Assembly (NCBI GenBank): GCA_964016885.1
Contig: OZ024756.1
Coordinates: forward strand, 24,490,001 to 24,554,000
Reading direction: 5' to 3'
Source: Eledone cirrhosa
Lineage: Eukaryota
Length of the DNA stretch: 64,000 bases
Shown: positions 37,870-50,390 of the stretch, piece after piece
Layout of the letters: each line of letters opens with the position of its first letter
How positions within the stretch are numbered: position 1 is the first letter of the stretch
Translations under genes and position numbers: made by a program
Notes under the pieces: model-generated
The model's input: the letters and a program-made list of their open reading frames with translations, nothing else
Told to the model about the DNA's origin: nothing
Databases searched by the model: none

Positions 37870-40380
37870 CCACCTGTGGGTCAAGATGGTGACAATATAT
37901 TACTTTGATCTCTCAGTTTACAGGTATTGTCTGTTATTAACACTGTGTCATCTCAAACTCCAAACACTGACCATCTGATGGTCAAGATGATAATATATAT
38001 ATATTACTTTGATATTAACATTGTGTCATCACAGACTCTAAACACTGACCATCTGATGGTCAAGGTGATGACAATATAATACTTTGATCTCTCAGTCTAC
38101 AGATATTGTCTGTCATTGACACTGTCATCACAGACTCTAAACACTGACCATCTGATGGTCAAGGTGATGACAATATAATACTTTGATCTCTCAGTCTACA
38201 GGTATTGTCTGTCATTGACACTGTCATCACAGACTCTAAACACTGACCATCTGATGGTCAAGGTGATGACAGTATAATACTTTAATCTCTCAGTCTACAG
38301 GTATTGTCTGTCATTGACACTGTCATCACAGACTCTAAACACTGACCATCTGATGGTCAAGGTGATGACAATATAATACTTTGATCTCTCAGTCTACAGA
38401 TATTGTCTGTCATTGACACTGTCATCACAGACTCTAAACACTGACCATCTGATGGTCAAGGTGATGACAATATAATACTTTGATCTCTCAGTCTACAGGT
38501 ATTGTCTGTCATTGACACTGTCATCACAGACTCTAAACACTGACCATCTGATGGTCAAGGTGATGACAGTATAATACTTTAATCTCTCAGTCTACAGGTA
38601 TTGTCTGTCATTGACACTGTCATCACAGACTCTAAACACTGACCATCTGATGGTCAAGGTGATGACAATATAATACTTTGATCTCTCAGTCTACAGGTAT
38701 TGTCTGTCATTGACACTGTCATCACATACTCTAAACACTGACCATCTGATGGTCAAGGTGACGACAATATAATACTTTGATCTCTCAGTCTACAGGTATT
38801 GTCTGTCATTGACACTGTCATCACAGACTCTAAACACTGACCATCTGATGGTCAAGGTGATGACAATATAATACTTTGATCTCTCAGTCTACAGGTATTG
38901 TCTGTCATTGACACTGTCATCACATACTCTAAACACTGACCATCTGATGGTCAAGGTGACGACAATATAATACTTTGATCTCTCAGTCTACAGGTATTGT
39001 CTGTCATTGACACTGTCATCACACTGACCATCTGATGGTCAAGGTGATGACAATATAATACTTTGATCTCTCAGTCTACAGGTATTGTCTGTCATTGATA
39101 CTGTCATCACATACTCTAAACACTGACCATCTGATGGTCAAGGTGATGACAATATAATACTTTGATCTCTCAGTCTACAGGTATTGTCTGTCATTGACAC
39201 TGTCATCACATACTCTAAACACTGACCATCTGATGGTCAAGGTGATGACAATACAATACTTTGATCTCTCAGTCTACAGGTATTGTCTGTCATTGACACT
39301 GTCATCACAGACTCTAAACACTGACCATCTGATGGTCAAGGTGATGACAATATAATACTTTGATCTCTCGGTCTACAGGTATTGTCTGTCATTGACACTG
39401 TCATCACATACTCTAAACACTGACCATCTGATGGTCAAGGTGATGACAGTATAATACTTTGATCTCTCAGTCTACAGGTATTGTCTGTCATTGACACTGT
39501 CATCACAGACTCTAAACACTGACCATCTGATAGTCAAGGTGATGACAATATAATACTTTGATCTCTCAGTCTACAGGTATTGTCTGTCATTGACACTGTC
39601 ATCACAGACTCTAAACACTGACCATCTGATGGTCAAGGTGATGACAATATAATACTTTGATCTCTCAGTCTACAGGTATTGTCTGTCATTGACACTGTCA
39701 TCACAGACTCTAAACACTGACCATCTGATAGTCAAGGTGATGACAATATAATACTTTGATCTCTCAGTCTACAGGTATTGTCTGTCATTGACACTGTCAT
39801 CACAGACTCTAAACACTGACCATCTGATGGTCAAGGTGATGACAATATAATACTTTGATCTCTCGGTCTACAGGTATTGGCTGTCATTGACACTGTCATC
39901 ACAGACTCTAAACACTGACCATCTGATGGTCAAGGTGATGACAATATAATACTTTGATCTCTCGGTCTACAGGTATTGTCTGTCATTGACACTGTCATCA
40001 CAGACTCTAAACACTGACCATCTGATGGTCAAGGTGATGACAATACAATACTTTGATCTCTCAGTCTACAGGTATTGTCTGTCATTGACACTGTCATCAC
40101 ATACTCTAAACACTGACCATCTGATGGTCAAGGTGATGACAATATAATACTTTGATCTCTCGGTCTACAGGTATTGGCTGTCATTGACACTGTCATCACA
40201 GACTCTAAACACTGACCATCTGATGGTCAAGGTGATGACAATATAATACTTTGATCTCTCAGTCTACAGGTATTGTCTGTCATTGACACTATCATCACAT
40301 ACTCTAAACACTGACCATCTGATGGTCAAGGTGATGACAATATAATACTTTGATCTCTCGGTCTACAGGTATTGGCTGTC
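37870..40380. repeat. 99-bp satellite, about 25 copies
   Basis: Unit ACACTGACCATCTGATGGTCAAGGTGATGACAATATAATACTTTGATCTCTCAGTCTACAGGTATTGTCTGTCATTGACACTGTCATCACAGACTCTAA. Confidence 0.97.
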
Positions 40381-40424
40381 TCAAAATATGCCATGTCTAA
40401 CACAGAAAGGGCATCCATAAAAAT

Positions 40425-40636
40425 GTTGATAGCGGTGATGTTGATGATGATGATAGTGATGGTGATGGTGACATTGGTGGTGTTAATGGTGGTAATGATG
40501 GTTGTGATGTTGATAGTGATAGTGGTGATGATAGTGATGGCAATGGTGATGATAAGGATACTGATAATGATGGTGATGTTGATAATGATAATGATGGTGG
40601 TGATGATAGTGATGAGGATAATGGTGATGATAATTG
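40425..40636. repeat. Degenerate (GAT/GGT)n trinucleotide tract
   Basis: Direct inspection. Confidence 0.9.
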
Positions 40637-41142
40637 TAAAAGAATGCTATTCCAACCCATGTTAATCAGTGGGAGGGAGTTTGCAGTAGATTAAATATTG
40701 GGAAGACCCCCTCCTCTCAAACCCCCCCCCCCATGTCTCTGTTATATCTATCTGAAACCCTTAAAAAGAGGAGGACACTAGATTGAAATCCATACTGGGA
40801 GAGTGGGATGGATGTGTATGTGGGGGATAAGGGTGGGTGAATAGAATCCTTCTAGAATTTTCCATCAACTTCACACTGTGACTCACTGGGATATCTCTCC
40901 CCCTCTACTGCTGTTCTGTTGCTTATTTTGATAAATCACCTTTGCCCATTGAAGCTCTCCTCCCCAACACCACCACCACCACCACCACTATCTCACACAA
41001 TTTACATTCACATATATGCATCTATCTACATACACACATCTATTTACACACACATTCATATATACACATCTTACCATATCTCCATAGCATTTCTCTCTAT
41101 CTCTCCCATTCTTCTCAGCTGTCTGTCTCCCCCCTCTCTCTC

Positions 41143-41144
41143 TA

Positions 41145-41212
<68 letters not shown>

Positions 41213-41228
41213 ATATATATATATATAT

Positions 41229-41268
<40 letters not shown>

Positions 41269-41866
41269 ATATATATATATATATATTATAATATATATAT
41301 ATATATATATATTATAATATATATATATATATATATATTATAATATATATATATATATATATATATTATAATATATATATATATATATTATAATATATAT
41401 ATATTATAATATATATATATATATATATATATTATAATATATATATATATATATATATTATAATATATATATATATATATATATATTATAATATATATTA
41501 TAATATATATTATATATATATTATAATATATATTATATATATATATATATATATTATAATATATATTATAATATATATTATATATATATTATAATATATA
41601 TTATATATATATTATAATATATATTATAATATATATATATAATATATATATAATATATATATAATATATATATATAAGCTTTGCCTTTCATCCTTATGGG
41701 GTCGATAAAATAAAGTACCAGTAATGCACTGGGATAATTGCTGGCCTTGTGCCAAAAGTAGAAACAATTATAATATATATTATATATATATTATAATATA
41801 TATTATATATATATTATAATATATATTATAATATATATTATAATATATATTATATATATATTATAT
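41143..41866. repeat. Compound (AT)n/TTATAA repeat interrupted by a SINE 3' fragment (41677-41770)
   Basis: (AT)n blocks punctuated by TTATAA. Confidence 0.93.
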
Positions 41867-42916
41867 GTGTATATTATTCAATTTAGGAAAGTTGATTGAT
41901 CAGATAATCCACTGATTTTGATTGTAAACAAATGTAAAGCACTCTATGGCTTGTATTCCTTAACGTTTTAGCATTTATATTACATTTTCATGGTAAAGGG
42001 TTTATCTCGCATAATATAGAATCTACGAGATTTTGATGATGATATTATTTATTTTGAGAACAATACCTTAATGTCAGTATGAGTGGCCAGTTATGGCCAG
42101 TTTGAACAGAAAGAGGTGAGAGAATTCTGGCCAGATACAGCCGATTTAAATGCTAAAGAGCTGAAGTACTATCAATAAGGTATTAACTGGAGTGTCAATA
42201 TTATAAAGAAGAGAGACAGTTTTAATTGAATATCTTCTGTTTATTATATAATCCTGATTATGTAATAAACAGAAGAGGTACATTTAAAACCATCTCTCTT
42301 CTTTATAATATATATATATATATATTTAAATAATTTGAAAGCCATACAATGCATTAGAAAGAAAATCAAGATTGCTAAAATAACAAAAGAATCTTATCTT
42401 AGCAAATATATAAGAAAATGACGGTTTTTTAAAAAAAAAGATGTCTTACACGGGTGAAAGTATAAGGAAAAGAAATTGAAAATGCAACTGGAGTCTTTTT
42501 AAGAATATTTATTTATTTACTTTACCGGTTTCTCAGTTCTTATGATTTTCATAAGTAAAATGGAGATGGAGGGTTTGTGTTTCTGTTGGGGTTTGTCTTA
42601 CCTTACTCTCTGTTTCTCTCTATCTATGATTCTTTGTATAATTTTAGCCATGCAGGACACTTTTTTCAAATATTTATATATATAATATTATATTATATTA
42701 TATGCAGGTAGACGACCAGTTAGGGTATTGTAATTGGTAGATCTCGAAGTATCCTGAGGTAAGCACTCAACATGCTGAAGCATCCCAGATTGCATCTGGT
42801 TGTTCAGGCAGAGTATCTGCAGTGCAGAATAAGTATGCAAGATTGGTTTTTACAATTTATTCAGAAATTTCCCAGTAAATTGTTGTAAAAACTCATCTTT
42901 CGGACTTATTCTTCAC

Positions 42917-42971
<55 letters not shown>

Positions 42972-43207
42972 CTGTTTCTTCCCTCTCTCTCTGTATTCAT
43001 CAGTGCTGTTCTTATCTAGAGAGGAACTGATAATATCATGGGTGGGGTGTATGGTGGTAGGGGGAGGGGCAACTGATCTGTTGCTAAGCAACAAAGATAT
43101 CAACTGCCATTACAGCCTGATAAGCCACCCCACCCCCTTTTTGCCCAGATCTTCTTTTTAACAAAAAAAAAGAAACTGTTGTCCCACAACAGTGATACTT
43201 TCCTAGC

Positions 43208-43838
43208 TTCACTACAACCACCACCACTACTACGATGCCACTACAACCACCACCACTACTACGATGCCACTACAACCACCACCACTACTACGATGCCACT
43301 ACAACCACCACCACTACTACGATGCCACTATAACCACCACTATTACTACTACTACTACTACTGCTGCTGCTGCTACTACTTCTACCACCACAACCGCTAC
43401 TACTACCACCGTCACTACAATTTTACATCTACTACACTACGATGCCACTACAACCACCACTACTACTACTACTACTACTACCACTGCTGCTACTACTTCT
43501 ACCACCACAACCGCTAAAACTACCACCACCATCACCACCACCACCACTACTACAATTTTACATCTACTACACTACAATGCCACTACAACCACCACCACAT
43601 CACAACTACCACTTTGACCACCACCACGACTACTACTACTACTACCACTGCTGCTACTACTTCTACCACCACAACCGCTAAAACTACCACCACCACCACC
43701 ACCACCACTACTACAATTTTACATCCACTACACTACGATGCCACTACAACCACCACCACATCACAACTACCACTTTGACCACCACCACGACTACTACTAC
43801 TACTACCACAACATTACATCCACTATACTACCATACCA

Positions 43839-43871
<33 letters not shown>

Positions 43872-43905
43872 ATTTAGCACCACCACACTATTTCAGCCAC
43901 CAACT
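43208..43905. repeat. (ACC)/(ACT) compound repeat with 30-bp and larger higher-order duplications
   Basis: CCACTACAACCACCACCACTACTACGATG-type units. Confidence 0.9.
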
Positions 43906-43915
43906 GATGAAGGCT

Positions 43916-46585
43916 GTGTGTGTGTTGTGTGTTAGGGATGTGTGTTGTGTGTTAGGGATGTGTGTTGTGTGTCAGGGATGTGTGTAGTGTGTCAGGGATG
44001 TGTGTTGTGTGTTAGGGATGTGTGTTGCGTGTTAGGGATGTGTGTTGTGTATTAGGGATGTGTGTTGTGTATTAGGGATGTGTGTTGTGTGTTAGGGATG
44101 TGTGTTGTGTGTTAGGGATGTGTGTTGTGTGTTAGGGATGTGTGTTGTGTGTTAGGGATGTGTGTTGTGTGTTAGGGATGTGTGTTGTGTATTAGGGATG
44201 TGTGTTGTGTGTTAGGGATGTGTGTTGTGTATTAGGGATGTGTGTTGTGTATTAGGGATGTGTGTTGTGTGTTAGGGATGTGTGTTGTGTGTTAGGGATG
44301 TGTGTTGTGTGTTAGGGTTGTGTGTTAGGGATGTGTGTTGTGTATTAGGGATGTGTGTTGTGTATTAGGGATGTGTGTTGTGTGTTAGGGTTGTGTGTTG
44401 TGTATTAGGGATGTGTGTTGTGTATTAGGGATGTGTGTTGTGTGTTAGGGATGTGTGTTGTGTATTAGGGATGTGTGTTGTGTGTTAGGGATGTGTGTTG
44501 TGTATTAGGGATGTGTGTTGTGTATTAGGGATGTGTGTTGTGTATTAGGGATGTGTGTTGTGTGTTAGGGATGTGTGTTGTGTATTAGGGATGTGTGTTG
44601 TGTGTTAGGGTTGTGTGTTGTGTATTAGGGATGTGTGTTGTGTATTAGGGATGTGTGTTGTGTGTTAGGGATGTGTGCTGTGTATTAGGGATGTGTGTTG
44701 TGTGTTAGGGATGTGTGTTGTGTGTTAGGGATGTGTGTTGTGTATTAGGGTTGTGTGTTGTGTGTTAGGGATGTGTGTTGTGTGTTAGGGTTGTGTGTTG
44801 TGTATTAGGGATGTGTGTTGTGTATTAGGGATGTGTGTTGTGTGTTAGGGATGTGTGCTGTGTATTAGGGTTGTGTGTTAGGGATGTGTGTTGTGTGTTA
44901 GGGATGTGTGTTGTGTATTAGGGTTGTGTGTTGTGTGTTAGGGATGTGTGTTGTGTGTTAGGGATGTGTGTTGTGTGTTAGGGATGTGTGTTGTGTATTA
45001 GGGATGTGTGTTGTGTGTTAGGGATGTGTGTTGTGTGTTAGGGATGTGTGTTGTGTATTAGGGATGTGTGTTGTGTGTTAGGCATGTGTGTTGTGTGTTA
45101 GGGATGTGTGTTGTGTGTTAGGGATGTGTGTTGTGTGTTAGGGATGTGTGTTGTGTGTTAGGGATGTGTGTTGTGTATTAGGGATGTGTGTTGTGTATTA
45201 GGGATGTGTGTTGTGTGTTAGGGATGTGTGTTGTGTATTAGGGATGTGTGTTGTGTGTTAGGGATGTGTGTTGTGTGTTAGGGATGTGTGTTGTGTATTA
45301 GGGATGTGTGTTGTGTGTTAGGGATGTGTGTTGTGTGTTAGGGATGTGTGTTGTGTGTTAGGGATGTGTGTTGTGTGTTAGGGATGTGTGTTGTGTGTTA
45401 GGGATGTGTGTTGTGTATTAGGGATGTGTGTTGTGTATTAGGGATGTGTGTTGTGTGTTAGGGATGTGTGTTGTGTGTTAGGGATGTGTGTTGTGTGTTA
45501 GGGATGTGTGTTGTGTGTTAGGGATGTGTGTTGTGTATTAGGGATGTGTGTTGTGTATTAGTGATGTGTGTTGTGTGTTAGGGATGTGTGTTGTGTATTA
45601 GGGATGTGTGTTGTGTGTTAGGGATGTGTGTTGTGTGTTAGGGATGTGTGTTGTGTGTTAGGGATGTGTGTTGTGTGTTAGGGATGTGTGTTGTGTATTA
45701 GGGATGTGTGTTGTGTATTAGGGATGTGTGTTGTGTGTTAGGGATGTGTGTTGTGTGTTAGGGATGTGTGTTGTGTATTAGGGATGTGTGTTGTGTGTTA
45801 GGGATGTGTGTTGTGTGTTAGGGATGTGTGTTGTGTATTAGGGATGTGTGTTGTGTGTTAGGGATGTGTGTTGTGTGTTAGGGATGTGTGTTGTGTGTTA
45901 GGGATGTGTGTTGTGTGTTAGGGATGTGTGTTGTGTGTTAGGGATGTGTGTTGTGTATTAGGGATGTGTGTTGTGTGTTAGGGATGTGTGTTGTGTATTA
46001 GGGATGTGTGTTGTGTGTTAGGGATGTGTGTTGTGTGTTAGGGATGTGTGTTGTGTGTCAGGGATGTGTATGTTGTGTGTCAGGGATGTGTGTAGTCTGT
46101 CAGTGATGTGTGTGTGATGTGTGTTGTGTGTCAGGGATGTGTGTTGTCTGTCAGTGATGTGTGTGTGATGTGTGTTGTGTGTCAGGGATGTGTGTTGTCT
46201 GTCAGGGATGTGTGTGTGTAGTGTGTCAGGGATGTGTGTGTGTAGTGTGTCAGGGATGTATGTGTGTTGTCTGTCAGTGATGTGTGTGTGATGTGTGTAG
46301 TGTGTCAGGGATGTATGTGTGTAGTCTGTCAGTGATGTGTGTGTGATGTGTGTTGTGTGTCAGGGATGTGTGTTGTCTGTCAGTGATGTGTGTTGTGTGT
46401 TAGGGATGTGTGTTGTGTGTGTGTGATGTGTGTAGTATGTCAGGGATGTGTGTAGTCTGTCAGGGATGTGTGTAGTGTGTCAGGGATGTGTGTTGTCTGT
46501 CAGTGATGTGTGTAGTGTGTCAGGGATGTGTGTGTGTAGTGTGTCAGGGATGTGTGTGTGTAGTGTGTCAGGGATGTGTGTGTCA
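43916..46585. repeat. 20-bp GT-rich satellite with TTAGGG in most units, about 130 unit-lengths
   Basis: Unit GGGATGTGTGTTGTGT(G/A)TTA; degenerates to TCAGGG variants after about 46060. Confidence 0.97.
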
Positions 46586-46639
46586 GTTTAATCCAGGGTT
46601 CTATATTGTTACTACTATTTATTATCATTATCTATATCA

Positions 46640-46815
46640 GTATCGGTCGAGAGTCAGACACCATGCTTTGAAGCATAGAGTTACGTCCCTTTATGATCTG
46701 AGTTCAAATCCCGCCGAGGTTAACTTTGCCTTTCAGCCTTACGGGGTCAATAAAATAAAGTACCAGTAATGTACTGGGTAATTGCTGGCCTTGTGCCTAA
46801 AAATAGAAACAATTA
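46640..46815 (+). mobile_element. tRNA-derived SINE
   Basis: Matches the 54703 copy and directly abuts the 84-bp array. Confidence 0.88.
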
Positions 46816-48288
46816 TCTATATACTAAGGTTGGTGGCTTGACAGAGCTGTTACATTCTGAGTTCAAATCCTACTGAGGTCAACTTTACCTTCCTTATTAT
46901 CTATATATTAAGGTTGGTGGCTTGACAGAGCTGTTACATTCTGAGTTCAAATCCTACTGAGGTCAACTTTACCTTCCTTATTATCTATATATTAAGGTTG
47001 GTGGCTTGACAGAGCTGTTACATTCTGAGTTCAAATCCTACTGAGGTCAACTTTACCTTCCTTATTATCTATATATTAAGGTTGGTGGCTTGACAGAGCT
47101 GTTACATTCTGAGTTCAAATCCTACTGAGGTCAACTTTACCTTCCTTATTATCTATATATTAAGGTTGGTGGCTTGACAGAGCTGTTACATTCTGAGTTC
47201 AAATCCTACTGAGGTCAACTTTACCTTCCTTATTATCTATATATTAAGGTTGGTGGGTTGACAGAGCTGTTACATTCTGAGTTCAAATCCTACTGAGGTC
47301 AACTTTACCTTCCTTATTATCTATATATTAAGGTTGGTGGCTTGACAGAGCTGTTACATTCTGAGTTCAAATCCTACTGAGGTCAACTTTACCTTCCTTA
47401 TTATCTATATATTAAGGTTGGTGGCTTGACAGAGCTGTTACATTCTGAGTTCAAATCCTACTGAGGTCAACTTTACCTTCCTTATTATCTATATATTAAG
47501 GTTGGTGGCTTGACAGAGCTGTTACATTCTGAGTTCAAATCCTACTGAGGTCAACTTTACCTTCCTTATTATCTATATATTAAGGTTGGTGGGTTGACAG
47601 AGCTGTTACATTCTGAGTTCAAATCCTACTGAGGTCAACTTTACCTTCCTTATTATCTATATATTAAGGTTGGTGGCTTGACAGAGCTGTTACATTCTGA
47701 GTTCAAATCCTACTGAGGTCAACTTTACCTTCCTTATTATCTATATATTAAGGTTGGTGGCTTGACAGAGCTGTTACATTCTGAGTTCAAATCCTACTGA
47801 GGTCAACTTTACCTTCCTTATTATCTATATATTAAGGTTGTTGGCTTGACAGAGCTGTTACATTCTGAGTTCAAATCCTACTGAGGTCAACTTTACCTTC
47901 CTTATTATCTATATATTAAGGTTGGTGGCTTGACAGAGCTGTTACATTCTGAGTTCAAATCCTACTGAGGTCAACTTTACCTTCCTTATTATCTATATAT
48001 TAAGGTTGGTGGCTTGACAGAGCTGTTACATTCTGAGTTCAAATCCTACTGAGGTCAACTTTACCTTCCTTATTATCTATATATTAAGGTTGGTGGCTTG
48101 ACAGAGCTGTTACATTCTGAGTTCAAATCCTACTGAGGTCAACTTTACCTTCCTTATTATCTATATATTAAGGTTGGTGGCTTGACAGAGCTGTTACATT
48201 CTGAGTTCAAATCCTACTGAGGTCAACTTTACCTTCCTTATTATCTATATATTAAGGTTGGTGGCTTGACAGAGCTGTTACATTCTGA
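46813..48288 (+). repeat. 84-bp satellite, about 17.5 copies, derived from a SINE head
   Basis: Unit TTATCTATATATTAAGGTTGGTGGCTTGACAGAGCTGTTACATTCTGAGTTCAAATCCTACTGAGGTCAACTTTACCTTCCTTA. Confidence 0.97.
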
Positions 48289-48703
48289 TTTCCATCACCC
48301 ACTGCCCCCTTCCACACTGTTTTTTGTCCTATGTTGTTGTTATTGCTACTCCCTCTCCTATTTCTAACTTGTTTTTCTTATGTATTTCACCTGCCTTTCT
48401 ATTGGTGTCTCTAACACCTTGCACTCTTGTGACCTTTGAAGGAATTTATTAGTACTATTATTTTGTTATTATTGTCGATAAAATAAAGTACCAGTAATGC
48501 ACTGGGATAATTCCTGGCCTTGTGCCAAAAGTAGAAACAATTATTATGTTTAAGCTCTTTACAAATTCCGCTGGAGTCAACTTCATCTTCCATCCTTCCA
48601 GGGTCGATAAAATAAAGTACCAGTTAAGTACTGGCTGGGCTTGATATAATCACCCCCCCCCCCCCTAAAATTGTTGGCCTCGTGCTTAAATCAAACCATT
48701 ATT

Positions 48704-48900
48704 TTGGCAGTTTCAGTAAAGCGTCAGACACCATGCTTTGCAGCATAGAGTTATGACCCTTTACGTTCTGAGTTCAAATCCCGTCGAGGTTAGCTTTGCC
48801 TTTCATCCTTACGGGGATGATAAAATAAAGTACCAGTAATGCACTGGGGGTAATTGCTGGCCTTGTGCCAAAAGTAGAAACAATTATTATTATTATTATT
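48704..48900 (+). mobile_element. tRNA-derived SINE with (ATT)n tail
   Basis: TTGGCAG head, GAGTTCAAATCC B box, core and GTAGAAACAATT(ATT)n end. Confidence 0.88.
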
Positions 48901-48953
48901 GTTAATGTAGCATATTTCCATTCTAATAGTTGTGTTCTGTTTGTTTTTTGTAG

Positions 48954-49871
48954 AATTCTATAACAACTCTACAACGGAGATGATGACTCCGAAAGACAGG
49001 AAGCTTCTGAAGATGAGGCTGAAGCAACGGAGACGTCTTCACACAGAGACAGAAGCACAACGCAACAAACGTCTACAGCGCATGAAACGTTACCAACACC
49101 AACGCATGGCTGCCGAGGACCCAGAACATCGCCAGAAAAGGCTGATACGCATGCGAGAGAACGCGAGGAGACGCGAAGAGAGGAAGAAAGCTATAGCGCA
49201 ACTGTTGGGAAACAGCCACAAGGGAAAGAAAAAGTCGCAAGCCATTGCATTCCTAATGCGGCGGATGAAAGACAACGAGAGTTTGCTGCAGTATCAGAAT
49301 ATGCTCAACCGTGACGGCAGTAATTTGTCAAAGGTGTCTTCAAAGAACACGGATAAAGATTTCGGCTACATGTGTCCTGACGACAAGACCTGTGGAAACT
49401 TAGATGAAGGCCCCTGTTTTTCCAGCGAATGTAGCAAGTCTTGCAGGCAAGGAAATTCCTGTTGTAACGGAGAATTTCCTTACCTGAAAGAAAACGGTCG
49501 GCAATGCCAGAGCAGAAGCCACTCCAAAGGAACTCCGAATGGCTCTTACTCTTGTATGGAGCCACCAATGGACAGTAATAAAGATATGACGGAGAGAGGG
49601 TCTACTGGAGAAGTTGTCTTCCCTTCTTTCAACCAGATCCAGAACAGGGTGAACACAGATGGTGATGGAGGTAGCAATAATTTTGGTTGTTATTCCTCGG
49701 ACCAGAACAAATCGATGTCTAGCAGTGTGTCTGACTGTTCTTACATGAACAGCTGCAGCATGGGCAATGATGGATGCTACTCTAACATGAAATGCTCTCA
49801 AGATGGTAAGAAGAGGAAGAAAGGATGCGATGACTGTCTCTCTTCGTCACCGCTATCTTCCATGAATGAAG
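48954..49871 (+). CDS. Uncharacterised STPR-repeat protein, coding exon 2 (symmetric phase 1-1, 918 nt)
   Basis: Acceptor ttgttttttgtag, donor GAAG|GTAAGT. Paralogous to exon 1 (EDPEHRQKRLIRMRENARRREERKKAIAQLLG; NGEFPYLKEN). Confidence 0.85.
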
Positions 49872-50051
49872 GTAAGTACCACTATGATGATGATGACGAT
49901 GATGGTAGTGATGGTGGTGATGGTGGTAGGGATGATTGTAGTTTGGGGGTGGTAGTGAGGATGATGATGGTGCTGGTAGCTTATTGCAATGCGTAGTTGA
50001 GTGTGTGTGATATTTATATATATATATATATAAATATATATATATACATGT

Positions 50052-50390
50052 GGAGGCACATGGCTTAGTGGTTAGAGCATTGGCCTTGCAATCGAAAGGT
50101 TGTGAGTTCAATTCTCAGACCGGGTGATGTGTTGTTTCCTTGAGCAAGACACTTTATTTCACATTGCTCCAGTTTACTCAGCTGTAGAAATGAGATGGAA
50201 GGAACTGGGGTCCCTATCATTCCACTGCAAAGTGGTCGTGGAGGTGCCACGGCAAAAAAAGCACCCAGCACTCACTGTAAATGAGGTTGGTGTTAGGAGG
50301 GCATCCAGCTGTAGAAATCAAGCCAGAATCAGTTCCCGTCCCACCCTTGCAAGCAGGGAAAAGTGGACGTAAAATGAAATGATGATGATG
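50052..50390 (+). mobile_element. Second tRNA-derived SINE family copy (possibly composite)
   Basis: TGGCTTAGTGG A box, GAGTTCAATTC B box, (GAT)n tail. Confidence 0.75.

Noticed and set aside
40372-40665. Hydrophobic Met/Val/Ile-rich 'membrane protein' ORF
   Set aside because: Translation of a (GAT/GGT)n tract.
42708-42758. Possible extra small exon (tgcag ... GAG|GTAAGC) in intron 1 of the STPR gene
   Set aside because: Contains a stop in the phase required to join exon 1, and has a poor pyrimidine tract.
43179-43987. Mucin-like Thr/His/Tyr-rich ORFs
   Set aside because: Trinucleotide compound repeat open in several frames, with no exon evidence.
37870-48288. CRISPR-like appearance of the regular arrays
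   Set aside because: Units are head-to-tail with no unique spacers, there are no cas genes, and the context is eukaryotic.
46813-48288. Tandem tRNA gene cluster
   Set aside because: A B box is present but no cloverleaf or acceptor stem; the unit matches the local SINE.
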